Source: Octopus vulgaris (Eukaryota). Taken from it: a DNA stretch of 64,000 nt. The notes under the pieces were generated by a model, which ran no database searches, was not told the DNA's origin, and was given only the letters and a program-made list of their open reading frames with translations. This document shows, in pieces, positions 12,095 to 25,645 of this stretch. The DNA is taken from positions 59,582,001-59,646,000 of the forward strand of contig OX597824.1 of NCBI GenBank assembly GCA_951406725.2. Direction: 5' to 3'. Each line of letters begins with the position of its first letter. Position 1 is the stretch's first letter. The translations under genes were made by a program, and so were the position numbers.

Positions 12095-13852
12095 AGAGTA
12101 AAGTCCTCCTTCGGTCATGAATAACGATGGGATTGCACCTAGAAAATTCCCCTGTCAGGCACAAGTTTGGGCAAGGTTATTTATAGAAGGCCTGCAGTCG
12201 CCATGTATACCAGTCTCCTCTCTTTACGCCACCGATGCTATCCAAGAGAAAGACAAAAGCTAATACAGATTGACACCAGTGACGTCGCAACTCATTTCTA
12301 CAGCTGAGTGAACTGGAGTAATGTGAAATAAATTGTTTCACCACCTCCTGGTTGCGAGCCCGACGCTCTAAACCAGGGGTATCAAACATATGGCCCGAAA
12401 ACCGGAACCAGCACGCTGCAGGGTTTCATCCGGCCCGCGAGAAGACTTTGGAAAGTGTAAAAATTATATATTTAGTTACTTATTATTGTGAATGTTGATT
12501 GTTTGAGTATGACTGATGATAGAGTCAATGATTCAATTTCTAATAGAATAATTCCCTTCGATTAATATAAACTTGTTGAAACAAATATATTTTTAAATAA
12601 TTAATTCAAAAAGGAGAAAAGTGGATACAGAGTATAGATTATTTCAAGAAAAGTGGTCCTTTTCCTATTTATTCGTGGAGGTGAATGGGAAAGCTGTGTA
12701 CTTGGTGTATTCCCAACAGGTTTCAGTGCTCAAAGAATATGACGTTGGGCGCCGCTATGAAACTCATCGTGCTGATAAATACAATAACTTGCAAGGACAA
12801 ATGAGAAGAGAGAAGGTAAATATATTGTTAGCGGATCTGAAGAAACAACAGCCTGCTTTAACCCAAAGTCGAGATATCAGTGAGGCAGCTGTAAAAGCTA
12901 GCTACCTTGTTGCATCAAAGCTGTACTGTGAGGATGAATTCGTGAAAATATACATACAGAAGGCTGCAGAAATTGTACGTCCTGAGAAGCAACAGACTTT
13001 TTCCATCCGAAATAGAAGTTTGAATCACCGTCAGTTTCACAATTTTCTGAGCTATATAGGCTTTATCTATGGCTTGCCATATCAAACCGAAGTAAGGTGG
13101 TTAAGCCGGGGTGACGTGTTGAAGCGCTCCTTTAACCCACGAGAAAAAATTGAACAGTTCATGGAGAATAAGGGCAAACCAGTGTTAGATTTTCAATCAC
13201 CAGAATGGCTGCAACATTTAGCATTTAACGAGGATATTACAGAGCACTTGAATAATCTGAACAAAATGTTGCAAGGCCTTAAAGACGTTCTCACGCAGTA
13301 TTTTGAAAGCATACGCGCCTTCAAGTGGAAGCTAACTTTGTGGGAGACACAATTGTCAGGTGGTGACCCATTCATTTTCGTTGTCTAAAAGATGTGGTTG
13401 CGACCGCAGATAATGTTGACATGAATCGGTACAAAGACAATATCACGGTATTGCTGCGAGGGTTTCAGCAACGGTTTAAGATTTTTGATGAACTTGAGAC
13501 ATATTTTACAGTATTTCGCTCACCATTTACAGTCAACGCCTCTGATCTGCCCGTCAGCATCCAACTTGAAATGATTGACTTGCAGTGTGATTCAGATTTA
13601 AAGAACAAATTTATCTCGGTGGACTTGAGCACATTTTATCAGTATTTCTTGAAAAAATACCCCAAATTGACAGCCTTTGCTACGAAAGTTTAGTGCATGT
13701 TTGGATCTACCTACCTTTGTGAACAAGTTTTCTTTGTAATGAGCATCAATAAAACAAAACTGCACTCAACGACCACACATAAGCACCTAAATGACATCCT
13801 GAAGCTAAAATGAGTTTGACAACCCTGCTCTAACCACTAAGTCATGCGCCTT
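12095..13852 (-). mobile_element. tRNA-derived SINE interrupted by a hAT insertion
   Basis: SINE body 12095-12373 continues after the hAT as ctctaaccactaagtcatgcgccttcc (tRNA-like head on minus strand). Confidence 0.6.
12374..13827 (+). mobile_element. hAT (Buster/Charlie, GTF2IRD2/SPIN-like) transposon, internally deleted
   Basis: TIR CAGGGGTATCAAAC / GTTTGACAACCCTG; 8-bp TSD CTCTAAAC/CTCTAACC; LNHRQF, TEVRWLSRG.VL.R, FGSTYLCEQVF. Confidence 0.93.
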
Positions 13853-14319
13853 CCTAACTCTGTCTCCCACTCTCTTTCTCTCTCTCTCCCTCCCTTTAGT
13901 ATGTATTAATCTATTTATGCGTAAATGTGTGTATAAGACTCTGTGATTTTGTGTGTATGTGTGTGTGAGCGTGTGTGTGCGTGCGCACGCATCTGTCTGT
14001 GTATATGTATACGCGCGCACGCCTATACACACACAGAGTAATTGAAGGACGGATAAATACGAAAATTGGCAGATGATCGATGAGTAGATTAAGAAATAGA
14101 TAAGAGATGCATAGATACATTTGTAGATAGATAAAAAGACATATGGATAGATACCATGACAAAAAAGTAGATAAAGATAGGTTCAGCGAAACATAGGTAG
14201 ATATGATTAGAAAGATAAATACATAAAAAGTTTAGTAACGGATACATGCTTTAATGAGCTAATTTTATTGGTACCATAACTAAAATCATGAGAAGATAAT
14301 GAAGATAAAACAGTAAGGT

Positions 14320-15205
14320 TTGTCAGGTGATGTGAGGTCTGGTGAATGGGAAGGGTATTCAACGAAACCCTTTCGTCAAATCCACCTGTTTGGCAAGATC
14401 TCATCAAGGAAGGATCTAACATCGCGATGGTACTGTAGGGGTGCCCCATATTGCTGAAAATAAAACTCCTCATCTTGAAAGTCTTATCTAATACTTGGCA
14501 TGACAGACTGTTGCAGCAAGTTCAAGGACCAATCACAGTAGCGTCAAAAAAGAATGGTCCAATTAATCCTCTTGATTGATAAGCCACACCACACTGTAAC
14601 TCTTGGTAAATTAACATGGTGTTCCACCATAACATGCGGATTTCCAGGTCCCCAGTAGGTGCAATTGAGGCGGTTAATTGAACCATATAATTTGAATGCG
14701 GCCTCATCACACCACGCAATCTTTGTTGGAAAGTGTGCCTCTTCTACATATCGTTCCAAGTACCACTCGCAATTTTGCACTCTTTGGTCTGGATCATCGT
14801 CATTAATCGCCTGGACTAATCTTGGAACGTAACTTCTCCTTTGACAACGCTTCAAAATGCGTTGGACAGACGATTTTGGAATACCTGCTTCATGACTCGC
14901 TTGCCGCACAGATTTTCTTGGACTTTGGTGATGCGTTTCCAGTACTCCTTCTTGCTTTGTAGTGGTTCTTGATGTTCCAGCTTTTCTGGAACGCTTCTTG
15001 TGGACATTCTAAACAGTTCCATCAGCTTCAAACTTATCTCTAATTCGAGTGATGGCGAGTTGCATTGGCGGATCTGTTTGAAACTCCCTCCTAAACTGTC
15101 TTTGCACTTCAACTGCGTTTTCACACTTCCAGTAGCATTTTAGAATGAATTTCCTTTGTTCAAAGCTTATTCTGACTGCCATCATTAATTTTTTGGGACA
15201 CCCTG
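14320..15205 (-). mobile_element. rosa/maT-like (DUF4817-HTH) Tc1-mariner element, one end truncated
   Basis: TA|CAGGGTG end at 15205; [48 protein letters not shown]. Confidence 0.85.
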
Positions 15206-15234
<29 letters not shown>

Positions 15235-15241
<7 letters not shown>

Positions 15242-15530
15242 CAGTATACATTTAAACACAAAAGAGGTATCCATCATAGGACTACCTGCATGTTAGAGAG
15301 AACAGTTAAATTCCAAACCACTATTAGGGATAAAATTTCGAATGGAATGAAAAATAAAAACATTTACCATCTAACTCCTGGACATATGGTTTCAGACTTT
15401 TTTTTACCTCTTTTGTGTTTAAATGTACACTGTATTTATATGAACAATATATAGTCTATTGACTAAATTTTTACACGCTAGGCCACTGGTAATGGAAATT
15501 TCTAATATTTCAGATTACCCAATACATAAT
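15235..15530. mobile_element. PLE-type terminal remnant with ~33-bp inverted repeat
   Basis: ataaatacagtatacatttaaacacaaaagaggt (~15235-15268) inverted at ~15406-15440; adjacent to (TA)n. Confidence 0.45.
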
Positions 15531-15577
15531 ACAAAGAGGAGAGGAAGATAAACCACATAAGTATCGTGTATATGTTA

Positions 15578-16828
15578 TCGGGTATGTAATTAACTAGGCA
15601 ACTAAGTTCCCGCTTTATTTTTAAATTTTAAATTTTTTAAAGGTTTAATAAAAAATAACAACTAGTTAATCAATAATGTATTCACCCTTGTTGTTTACAA
15701 CTTCTTCCCAACGTTCAACAAGATTTTCAACACCTCATTGGTAGAAATCACCCGATTTCGACTCGAAGATGGATCCAAGCTCTCACTTCTGCATCAGTAT
15801 TAAACGAAACTCCGCTCATAGCATTTAAAAGAGATCGAAAGAGGTGGAAATCCGTTGGTGCCAAATCAGGAGAGTACAGCGGGTGTGGCAGCACTTCCCT
15901 GCCATGCGTTTGAATGGCTTCCTTGGTCATATTGGCGATATGAGAGTGGGTGTTGTCGTGCAGCAGAAGAACTCCATGCTGCCGATTAGGTCTTTTCTCT
16001 TGAATAGCCGTGTTGAGCCGTTCCATCTGTTGAACTTAGAGTTCCGCGTTGACCGTTTGGTTCCGTTCAAGTAATTCGTAATGGATAATCCCTTCCCAGT
16101 CCCACCATACGTACAACATCGTTTTACGTGGATGCAGATCTTGTTTCACGTACTGTATCGCTTGTTTACCGGGGCTAAGCCATTCCTTTCACCGCCTCAT
16201 ATTTCTTTACCGAATCGCCAGTAACGATTCGGTAAAGAAATCGTTGCTTGTGTCCATGATTTGAGCGGTGACGAGCAAGCAAACCAGTGGAGTTTGTGGC
16301 TCGTTGATTTTTGTTGTTGTCACTTAAAGCATGCAGAACCCATGCTTCATACTTCTGAACCTTTCCCATCGAGTGAAGATGCTTCTCTATAGCAGTGTGG
16401 GAGCATTCCATTTTCTCTGCCAGTTCCCTTGTCGTTTGAACTCAGCTGGACTGCCAGAACGAGGTGCGCTTTGAGGTCAACATTTCCGTTTTTGAACTTG
16501 GCATACCAATCACGAGCGGTTCTTTCAGTTATGGCACCTTCTCCATACACAGCACAAATGTCGCGAGAAGCTTTTGCGGCCTTAGAACCTTGATTAAAAG
16601 CAAAAAGAAAGCGGTGTCGAAAATGCTCGTTTTTCTTAACTTGACATTCCTTATAAATGATCTGAAAATAAACAAAAATTAACTAAAATTAATACGAAAA
16701 AAAAAAACAAAGTAGATTCCAAAATGATTCAAAAATAGAATTCTCAAAATAAAAATGGATTCCAAAATTTAAAAACGCAATAAATTCCAAAATTTTAAAA
16801 AACGGCGGGAACTTAGTTGCCAACCCAA
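15578..16828 (-). mobile_element. mariner (DD34D) transposon, decayed
   Basis: TIR ggcaactaagttcccgc at both ends; WVLHALS, RIVTGD, LLHDN, HPLYSPDLAPTDFHLF. Confidence 0.9.
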
Positions 16829-19800
16829 TAGCTATCCATTAGTTACATTTCTACTTTGCTTTGTAGGTGTAATGAAGGTTAATAGGTAATTAAAATATAT
16901 GGGCCTCTATTATATATGATTAGATCCGATGGGATAAAATAAATGCTCAGTCACAGATTAATAGGGTTAGATGATGTGTTCCTTCAGCATCACATACAAC
17001 ACCCATAATCGATTCTTTTTACATAGAATGATTAGGGATAGATACTAGGAGAATAGGAAAAATTTCACTAGATGATCATGCCAGTTATTAGATTGTACAG
17101 GCTTATACATGAAAAAGTAGGGAGACTATGAGTGTAGTAACATTGGCTAAAAACTAAATTTAAATGTTAGGTAATACCTTTAAAATATTTAAAGGTTTGG
17201 GTTACTTTATGAATAAATGAAAGACGTAGGTCCAATTTATTATTAATTAAATTTTCACTATTCTCCTATTTAATATTTCATAGACCTCCATACAGCATTG
17301 TCTGCACCCATATCTGCTGTTAGAGTATGGTTCTGCTACCCTAATTATATACCATTTTATTTTGAATTCGATATTATCGTCTTTGAGCTCTCAAACCTTT
17401 GTGGCTAATGACATTCTACCAGCCCTAAGTCTCAGTTTGAAAGACGATTGCTGGTTGCGTAGTCGCTTTATAAATACATAAATATAAATATAAGAATATA
17501 AGTATAAGTATTAACCTCTGTCGTCACTGTACACCTGTATACTACATTTTCGGCCATACAGTGACCAGAAATCGGGCATGATTTTTTTTCGAAACAATTG
17601 TATCTATGTTTGGTCATGGCGCAATTGTTATTACGAGTAATCCCTCATACTATTTTGGCTTAAAGGATTATCCTATCGGGTGCTATTAGTGTTCATATAG
17701 TTACTACCAGAGGTAATGTTAAAACATCTAATGTCGTTATTATTAGCTATATTCAGAGTAGTAGTTGGTGGATTGTGCGTAGGATAAGAAGGGATTATGC
17801 AATCAGAATCTATCAGCAATGGGCCAGGAATTGACAGGGATTCGTTTGGGCATAATTCTAAGCTAACTGAAAGTAGTTTATGACCGCAATTTGTGACAGG
17901 GCTAGAGTGAAAATCTGTTTTTATATCATTAGCAGTCACAAGCTGCTTACTACCAAGACAATCACTACAACCATCATTTGTAGCTGGCACAATCCCATTA
18001 ATGTTTTTAGATTCAACAGCATTAAGGGGATTATAAACCCTGGGTATATTGGAATGTTTAGTATTACTATTACTTATGTCGATGAGGTTATTATGATTAC
18101 CAGTTGGTACTATATCATCATAATCCCTATCACTATTGTTACGGGTTAGGTTTATGCTTTTTCTGTTCAGGCCAGCTACAATCGTACTAAGGGTAGAATA
18201 GGAAACTCTAATATTCTTACGGGTAACATTTGTGCGATGGGGCGGGGAAAGTTCTTATCTAATATGCTAAAGAATGTTTTATATAAATTAGTACCTATTA
18301 CGTAATTGCATGATGGATTATACCAGATTACATCATTGTTATTTGTGTGTTTTCCTTTATACCTCCTACGCTTCTTAGACTTATAGTTAGTTCCAGATTT
18401 ATACGATACTAGCTGAATCACCACCTTCAGGGCGATTGATTAAAGAATTTCCTTATACACAATGTTGTCAGTGTAGATTCCTTTCATACCCTTATACCCT
18501 GAGTCCAAAGCCAATATATGCACATTGTTCCCAGAACCAAAGCCAATACAAGTACATTGTACCTAGAAACAAAACAAATATATGCTCATTGTTCCCAGAA
18601 GCCAACATGGCTTCCGTTATCTCAGTCCATTTTGGGTTGGTTGTCATACTGATGAAGTAGTCTGGATTTCCAAACTCTCTCACCAGAGCAATTCGAGGTT
18701 GGAAACACTCCCTGTAAAACCGAGGAGAAGCAGTATGTGATGGCGGAAGGATGATTTTAGACCCTTCGTCATTCATGTCTCCATTTGCAATAGCATCCAT
18801 AAGACCCTGGTACTTTTCAGCCTTAAGTTGTTTCTGATGAGTTCTCAGGAAGTGTAATCGATCTTGCTCTATCTTTGTATATTAATCTACTGCATGTTGT
18901 TGCATCAGACGTTTACTTTTCATTATGCCTTTGAACTCGTCCTTTCTTATCTGGAGCCGATAAGAATAAGTCACATTCAGTGATAGCTTTGCTTCCGGCA
19001 TTGTCTTTCAAGAGCGCATTCCAGCCCTCTTCTCCATAGGGAAACAGAAGTAAATAATGAAGAAGGCCATAACCTTTGTGGATTTGACTAATGTAGTCTA
19101 ACTTTTCATTGCTTGCATTGTACACAGGTTTAATGTTTGGGTTATTGGTATCATCCACCACCGTGATCACAGCAACTTTTTCTGCAGTTGATGGATTACA
19201 GCTTCTCTCATGTGACCCAACAGGAATAAGCCGTTTGTGATGACTTATAATATCATCGGTAGAATATTTTCCTGATGCAGGGTATTCCTTAAGTGTGTCA
19301 ATAGCCTGTTTAAACTTTTGACATATGGATTGTGCATATGCAATGCTCTCTGAAAGTCTAGCAGGATGTTCTCATTAAGGTCATTGTCAGCCCCTCTGAA
19401 TGACAACCTGTTTCTCATCTCACTTTCAGTGTCAACGAAATATAGTTGTGCGTAGACTGGCTTCCTATTTACTGGTGGTAGGAAACTTTCTACGCGGTGG
19501 TACAACTTTCCATGAATCTTGAATGTAGTCATATAAGTGCTACCACCCTATGGTCAAATTGGTGGATTATCCAGTCCAAGTGAAGCCATAAACTAGTAAA
19601 TTATTGTAGTCACGAATTTTGTTCAGAAACATTTGACTGCATAGATTAACATCATTATATTAAGTTATTCATTCTGGGGCTTTTTTACCTGTGGAATTTT
19701 ATATTTACTAATTTTTCCTTTGTCACAGCAGGGGGTAGTTTTCTCAGCTCTTCTAAGGTAATCTTTGCAGTTAGGGTATGTTCTGTTAAAAATGTTTCCA

Positions 19801-20019
19801 TGGTGTGCAACATAAAGATTGGGTTTCGTTCTTTCTCTTGAAAATCTGCCACATCAACTTCCATAGCCATTCTCTCAGTGTCAGTTCTTTGCTGACAAAG
19901 TTTCAGTTGCTATCGTGCCTGGTTGTCGCTACTGAATGTGTTGCAGTGACGTGTTTTCCCTAGAGACCTCTCATCTTTCCCCAGCAGATCAGTATCTGTC
20001 CGTCGTGCTTCTGTTTATT

Positions 20020-20265
20020 GTGGTATTTTCATTGCACGGTTTTTCTGTGTTCTCAGCCGATTCACATTCTTCCGTTCTTTTTTTATTTTTCTGGTCTTTC
20101 CATTGCACGGGTTCCCTGTGTTCTCATCCGATTCGCATTTCTCCGTCCTTCTGAATCTTCTGGTCCTTCCATTGCACGGGTTTTCTGTCTCTTCAGCCGA
20201 TTGCATTTCTCCATACCTCTGTTTGTTCTGGTGTTTCTATTGCGTGGGGTTCTTGCATTCTCCTT
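20020..20265. repeat. ~69-71-bp tandem repeat (about 4 units) in Helitron Rep N-terminus
   Basis: cattgcacgg recurs at ~20030, 20101, 20170, degenerate at ~20238. Confidence 0.8.
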
Positions 20266-20544
20266 CGCTTTATTTCGAGACACTGAGAAGAGCTAGGTCC
20301 TTGTCTGTTTTCTTCAATTAGCATCTGTTGTCTTTGCTCAGCAATCTTTTGTGAATAAGAATTTTTTCGGGTCAGGTTGTTGCCCTTTCTTTCTCTGAGC
20401 ACAGTGTACTGCTGAAAGCGTGAATATTTATGACAATTATACAGTGAAAGTTTTGCAACTTTTTCAGCTAGTATTTAAGCTAATTTCTCTGAACGGGAAG
20501 TTTCCACGGTAATTGTAAATATTTACTTTGAGTATTTATTTAAA

Positions 20545-20953
20545 ATTACTCGACTCTCGCTAAACACTATTTTAAAGTGCGATTTTTTTGTTGTTGAATT
20601 GCTCTAAACGAATTTTACCATAAAAATGTCGGAAATTTAGTATTTTTTAAGGTAATAATAAAATTAGTCGAACCTATTTTCATGCAGTCGAATGCGTAGT
20701 TTCCAAAATGTTCATACTTTTTACATATGCTGTTTCAGACGACAGTACGTTCAATAACATATTCATACACGAAACGACGTAAACACACATAAAAATAGTC
20801 CCGACGGCCGACGGCATGAAAATAGTTCCGGCAAATTTTATTAATATCTTTAAAAATACTAAATTTCCAATATTTTTATGGTCAAATTGGTTTAGAGTAA
20901 TTCAATGACATAAAAATCGAACTTTAAGATAGTGTTTAACGAGTATGGTGTAA
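20545..20953. mobile_element. MITE-like element with ~140-bp diverged TIRs inside the Helitron
   Basis: 20545-20690 is the reverse complement (roughly 80% by eye) of ~20812-20953; TA at both outer edges. Confidence 0.75.
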
Positions 20954-22479
20954 TTGTAATTTTCACCGAAGATCTACAGTATATTTTTTTTCAAAATGAC
21001 ACCGATAGAAACATTGGAAAAAACGCAACCGGTTAAGAGAGAATGAAGTAAGAGAAGTAGTAAATATGTGTCTTAGAGAGAGAGAGAGTTATGAGAGGGA
21101 ACATTGTGTGAGAGTGAGTGCGATACGTAATACTTATGTGTGTGTGTGAGAGAGAGAGAGAGAGAAAGAGACAGACAGACAGAGAGAGAAACGTCAAATT
21201 AACACCGACGGAGACATGGAAAGAGCGCAACCGATTAAGAGAGAGTGAGTTATGAGAGGAAGCATTGTTTGCAATTCTGTCAATTACCACTCCTCACACT
21301 ACAGCTCCCAATAAGAGAAAGAGGTAGTGAGCGTGAGGAATAGTAGGAGAGTCACTGAATAGTGAGAGAGGGGTAATTCGTTTTGTCGGATTTTACCAGA
21401 CTGGAACCGGACCGGTTAATTTTCGTGAATCCCATATAGATGTTAACACTTTCTCGGTACCCACGGTTCCTCACGCCAAGTTTGGTCGAATCGGTCCAGT
21501 GGTTGCGGAGGAGTTTGGAAACACGATTTTGACACAGACATACACACTAGACGTAAAAAGCGCAATTATAGTATAGATACTTATGTTTTTGTTGTTATCA
21601 ATATCCTTATTTTTGCTACAATAATTATTTCCGCACTTAACTACATTTAGCCACTTTTTTCTGGTATACCCATTAGTGAATTAGTTAACCTCTTGACTCC
21701 ATCATCAACACAATTACTTTTATTATAGCTTTTAATGAATTTAGTGGGCCTTCTAATATCATTCTCACAATTCCCAGAAATGGGAGTGATTCTTATGTTA
21801 GTGTTGTGTACATTATCATCTAGTTTCGGTGATTTAATAAAGCCAATGTGTTCACTAGAATTCATTGAAACTAGTCTAATCGTATCACTCGAATTTGTCT
21901 TAAGCATCTGCCTATGTGCTGATACGATATTAACATTACCATTACCATCAATACATTTATCATTATTATGACGGATAGTTTTACATTTAGACTTTTCATA
22001 TACAATGTCTTGTTTCTAGCGGGTTTTTCGTATAGCCGAATGAGTGTAGGAATTGAAAATGCTAGTTGCATATTCCTCCGTGAAATCACTTTTACTAGAG
22101 ATTTAATTACGCAGTGGTGATGGTAGTTGGGTGGGCCGTTATTGAAGAATTTACTGACATATTTAGTGATTTCCTCGGGTTTTCTATAGGGATAGTATAA
22201 TCCAGATTTAAGGTCTAATTTTACATCCAAGAAATCAACTACTTTAGTACCATACTCGAAAGTTAAATTTAGGTTGAAGTTTAGAAGGAATTTTCTAAAT
22301 TTATACGCGTCCTATCCAAGACTGTTTTACTGCTACTGGGTATGACGAACGGAGCTTCATTCCTGTATAAACCATCACGAAGATCTGGGAATTCCTTACT
22401 AACACAGTGTAAGAGGTAGATTCTTACTATGTCGGTAACTTGGGCTGAATCACTCAATCTCATGGCTATATAGACGTTG

Positions 22480-24465
22480 TCGCTGGTGTCACTTCTCGTT
22501 CATAGTCTCTCCTCAAACTCAATGATAGTTCGTTTAAGGTGTCCTAGACATTTTAACATCTCTCCGGTCGAACTCTCAGCCCTTCGATGTCTCCGACGCC
22601 GCCAAGATATCAACATCAAACCGGCTGACAAGGATAGAGCTGTTGTGATGATGTGTGCAACTCTCCACCAACTTCAGGATATCGCCTTCTGTTTCCCTCT
22701 ATTCTTCAGCCCCACTCCTAACTACCAACAGACTATGTCTTCAACTATTCATGACCTCTTCCTACCGCCTCTAACCTCATTCTCCCTACCTCAAGCACCC
22801 TCACTATTTACTTCCTTCCCAAAATGCACAAGCCCAACAACCCTGGCCGCCCCATCGTCTCCGTCTCCAACTGCCCGCAGAAATGATCTCCAAGTACCTT
22901 GACTGTGTCCTTCACTCCCATCACACATTCACCATACTAATCATGCTTTCCGTCTGTTTAACTCTTTGTCCTTCTTTCCTGGCCCCTCCCAAATCCTGTT
23001 CACTTTCGACGTTAAGCATCTGTGCACAGTGATCCCGCACAACGAAGGCCTTCTTGCGCTAAAACACTTCAGCCAGACCCTCAGCTTGATACCTCCACTT
23101 TTTTTCGTTTGTCCGAACTTGTTTTCTGCTTCAACTGCTTTTCGTTCGCGAGTGAGTTTTACCAACAGGTCTCGCGGGGGAGTTTTACCAAGGGCTATGG
23201 GAACGAGAATGGACTTCAGCTATGCGAACTTGTTCGTTGGCTATGTTGAGGCGCAAATATTCTCACAGTTCACTAGTCTCATTCTTGAGCTATACGGTCG
23301 ATATATCGATGACTGTATCGGCGTGACCTCACTCTCCCGTGAACATCTTGACATGTTCCTCTCCTTTGTCCAATCTTTCCAGCCTGCTCTCGTATTCTCT
23401 TCAATATGCACCACACCGCTCTCACCACTTCCATCCACTACAAACACACAGACTCACGCTCCTACCTTAACTTCTCCTCCACCAACCCTACTCACTCCAA
23501 GCTCTCCATCCCCTGCTCCCATTTCCTCCGTCTACGCCGGCTCTGCAATACCGACCAAGACTGAGACCCAGTCTCAACTCATGGCTCGCTACTTCACTGT
23601 ACGTGATAACCCCTCACTATTATTCATACTGCCTTTGCCCGGGCACAATCTGTTGACCGTGCCTCAGCTCTTTCTCTTAGCGCCCGACCCACCCTTACCC
23701 GTCTCCCTTTCTCCCACAACTACCACCACCCCACTCTACCCCTCCAACGCACCATCCTCCGACCCTTCCGGCGACACCATCCGACCTCTCCGCCTCGCAC
23801 ATCTTCCCTAACTGCATCTCCTACTCTCTCTCTGTCCTTCCCTGTATATTAGTCAAACGGGACGCCGCTTGGCTGACTGGTTCGTTGAGCACCTCTGAAA
23901 CATCAGACTCAGCAATGACACCCCGATGATAACTGACACCTATCCCACACAGATTTCCACATACTTACACACATTCATACACGCGCACATACATACACAC
24001 ATCCATACGTGCACACGCATACATACCAGTATACGAAACGCATATCACTCCACATAATGTACGCACTGGGTCACTTACACGCACATACACACACAGAGGT
24101 CCACATAATTCTCAGCTCGTCCACACATACATACTCATGCACTCGCCCCCACTCATAATACATACGCGCTCACACACACCATTCTCACATACTCACACGC
24201 GCTTGAATAAATTTGCTTAGCTGGGTTATCGTTATTATCTCTCATTCAACCTCTTCCTTCAGGCCATTTCATCATGTTGAACCGTTAATCCTACGCATTT
24301 CTATCTCCGTCTGTTTTTTGTTTTTTTTTTCATTCTCTTTCATTTTTTTTTCCCATCTTAATCCTTTCTGTCGAAGAGCGTAGGCTCGAAACGTAGAAGA
24401 CTTTCCATTCTTCCCGAGCGTTAAGCTAATACACCCGCTGGTTGTTCCTACACCTGTCTTCGTCT
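22480..24465 (+). mobile_element. Penelope-like element, decayed (RT, GIY-YIG, 3' terminal repeat)
   Basis: IKPADKDRAVV, LFTFDVKHL...IPH, AMGTRM..SYANLFVG, GRYIDDCIG, LYISQTGRRLADWFVEHL; hammerhead-like motif at 24364-24399. Confidence 0.88.
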
Positions 24466-24950
24466 TAGCATTTGGAAAGTTGATTTTTAATGTGTTGTAC
24501 GTGTGGTGCTTTAGCTTTAAAATTTGTATGTGTGGTGGTGGTGGTGGTGATGCATTGTGTGTTGGGAAAAAGAAGTCTTCCATTGTGGATGTTTGTGCAG
24601 TCTGTTTGTGCTGTGTACTGTGTCGGTGCTTGTGGTGGTAGTATTGGTGGTGTTGTTGTTGTTTGCTGTGTTTGCTTATTGCTGCTGATGGAATTTCCTC
24701 CTGTTTGCTCTTTTCCCTCTTTTTTTCTACTGTCTTTCTTTTCCTTTTTTGTGAACTCTAGTATTATCAGGCGATTGTAACGCTGTCTTAGATGGACGTT
24801 TCGATTGCGTGGGAGTATCTGACAGGAGAGGGGGTGCAAAAGCCTCCAAAACCTGCTCACACGTTTTCAGTTGTGTGACAGGTATCGACTAGATTACACA
24901 CGCAAAACAAGCGTTGGTTTTTGATAACCGTTGGGAAATGGTAAGCGTTA
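24466..24950 (-). mobile_element. Possible Tx1-type ORF1 5' fragment
   Basis: SRFWRLLHPL + K/E-rich + T/P-rich pattern parallels INFLRPLHAL + K/E-rich at 3700-3950. Confidence 0.35.
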
Positions 24951-25645
24951 GGAATTGATAGCTAAAGCATTGTCTGGAGACTCCGTGATTTCCGAGATGA
25001 AATACCCCGCAGCTAGTGGACTATTATCGACAGAGCCACTAGTGTGTGCATGTGAACGTATGCTCGTATATGCGTGTGTGAGCGCACACGCGCACGCGTG
25101 TATTTCTGTAGATGTGCGCGAGCGCGCCCGTGTACAAATGCACATGCGTCAATATACACATGCACGCAAAAGTATACGAGCGCACCTACACACCCATATA
25201 GAACTATATACTTGCACATGCCGCCCCTTTCTAACAACCAACCGATTTCTTAATCGCCACGTAGTCTATTTCGTGTCCTTTAACATAAGGCTGGCCCAGG
25301 GCTAAACGACTAATCAATGAATGTTGCGATCCAATCACGAATCCACTAAGCAGTGTCTCTGAACTAATCCACTTTCAATTACCACCTCTCCAACTTTATC
25401 CATTTATTATGATTGGAAAATGAACTCGAATGGTTAGTAGTGTCCATCTGAGTAAAATAATGATTAAAGAGACCCATAGATAACAAAATGGTTCAGAAAC
25501 AACGCTTCAGTGCATTTAAGATAAAAATAATACAAAAATAGAAGCAACTCTTTTATAAGAGTAACTTCCCTTGTAAAAATATTGCTCTTTAAAAATTACA
25601 TTTTAAATACTGATAGAGTGAAAATATGGAAAATACGATCTAAAT

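Larger units (their letters stand above)
18409..21577 (-). mobile_element. Helitron with both termini, Rep N-terminal half only
   Basis: 5' A|TCTATACTAT at 21577; 3' hairpin AATCGCCCTGAAGGTGGTGATT then CTAG|T at 18409; TFKIHGKLYHR, YAQLYFVD, NPYVK, LLFPYGEEGW, IILPPSHTASPR, GNPDYFISMTTNPKW. Confidence 0.93.
17150..22470 (-). mobile_element. Penelope-like element (GLYRDD-type RT, C-terminal GIY-YIG), split by a Helitron
   Basis: SDSAQVTDIV.IYLL...GLYRNE; FLDVKLDLKSGLYYPYRKP; VIWYNP....GTNL.K.F..ILDKNFP; GHCMAENVVYRCTV; reading frame rejoins across the Helitron. Confidence 0.8.

Noticed and set aside
12621-13388. Domesticated GTF2IRD2-like host gene
   Set aside because: Bounded by TIRs and a TSD, with a catalytic-region deletion and downstream frameshift and stop
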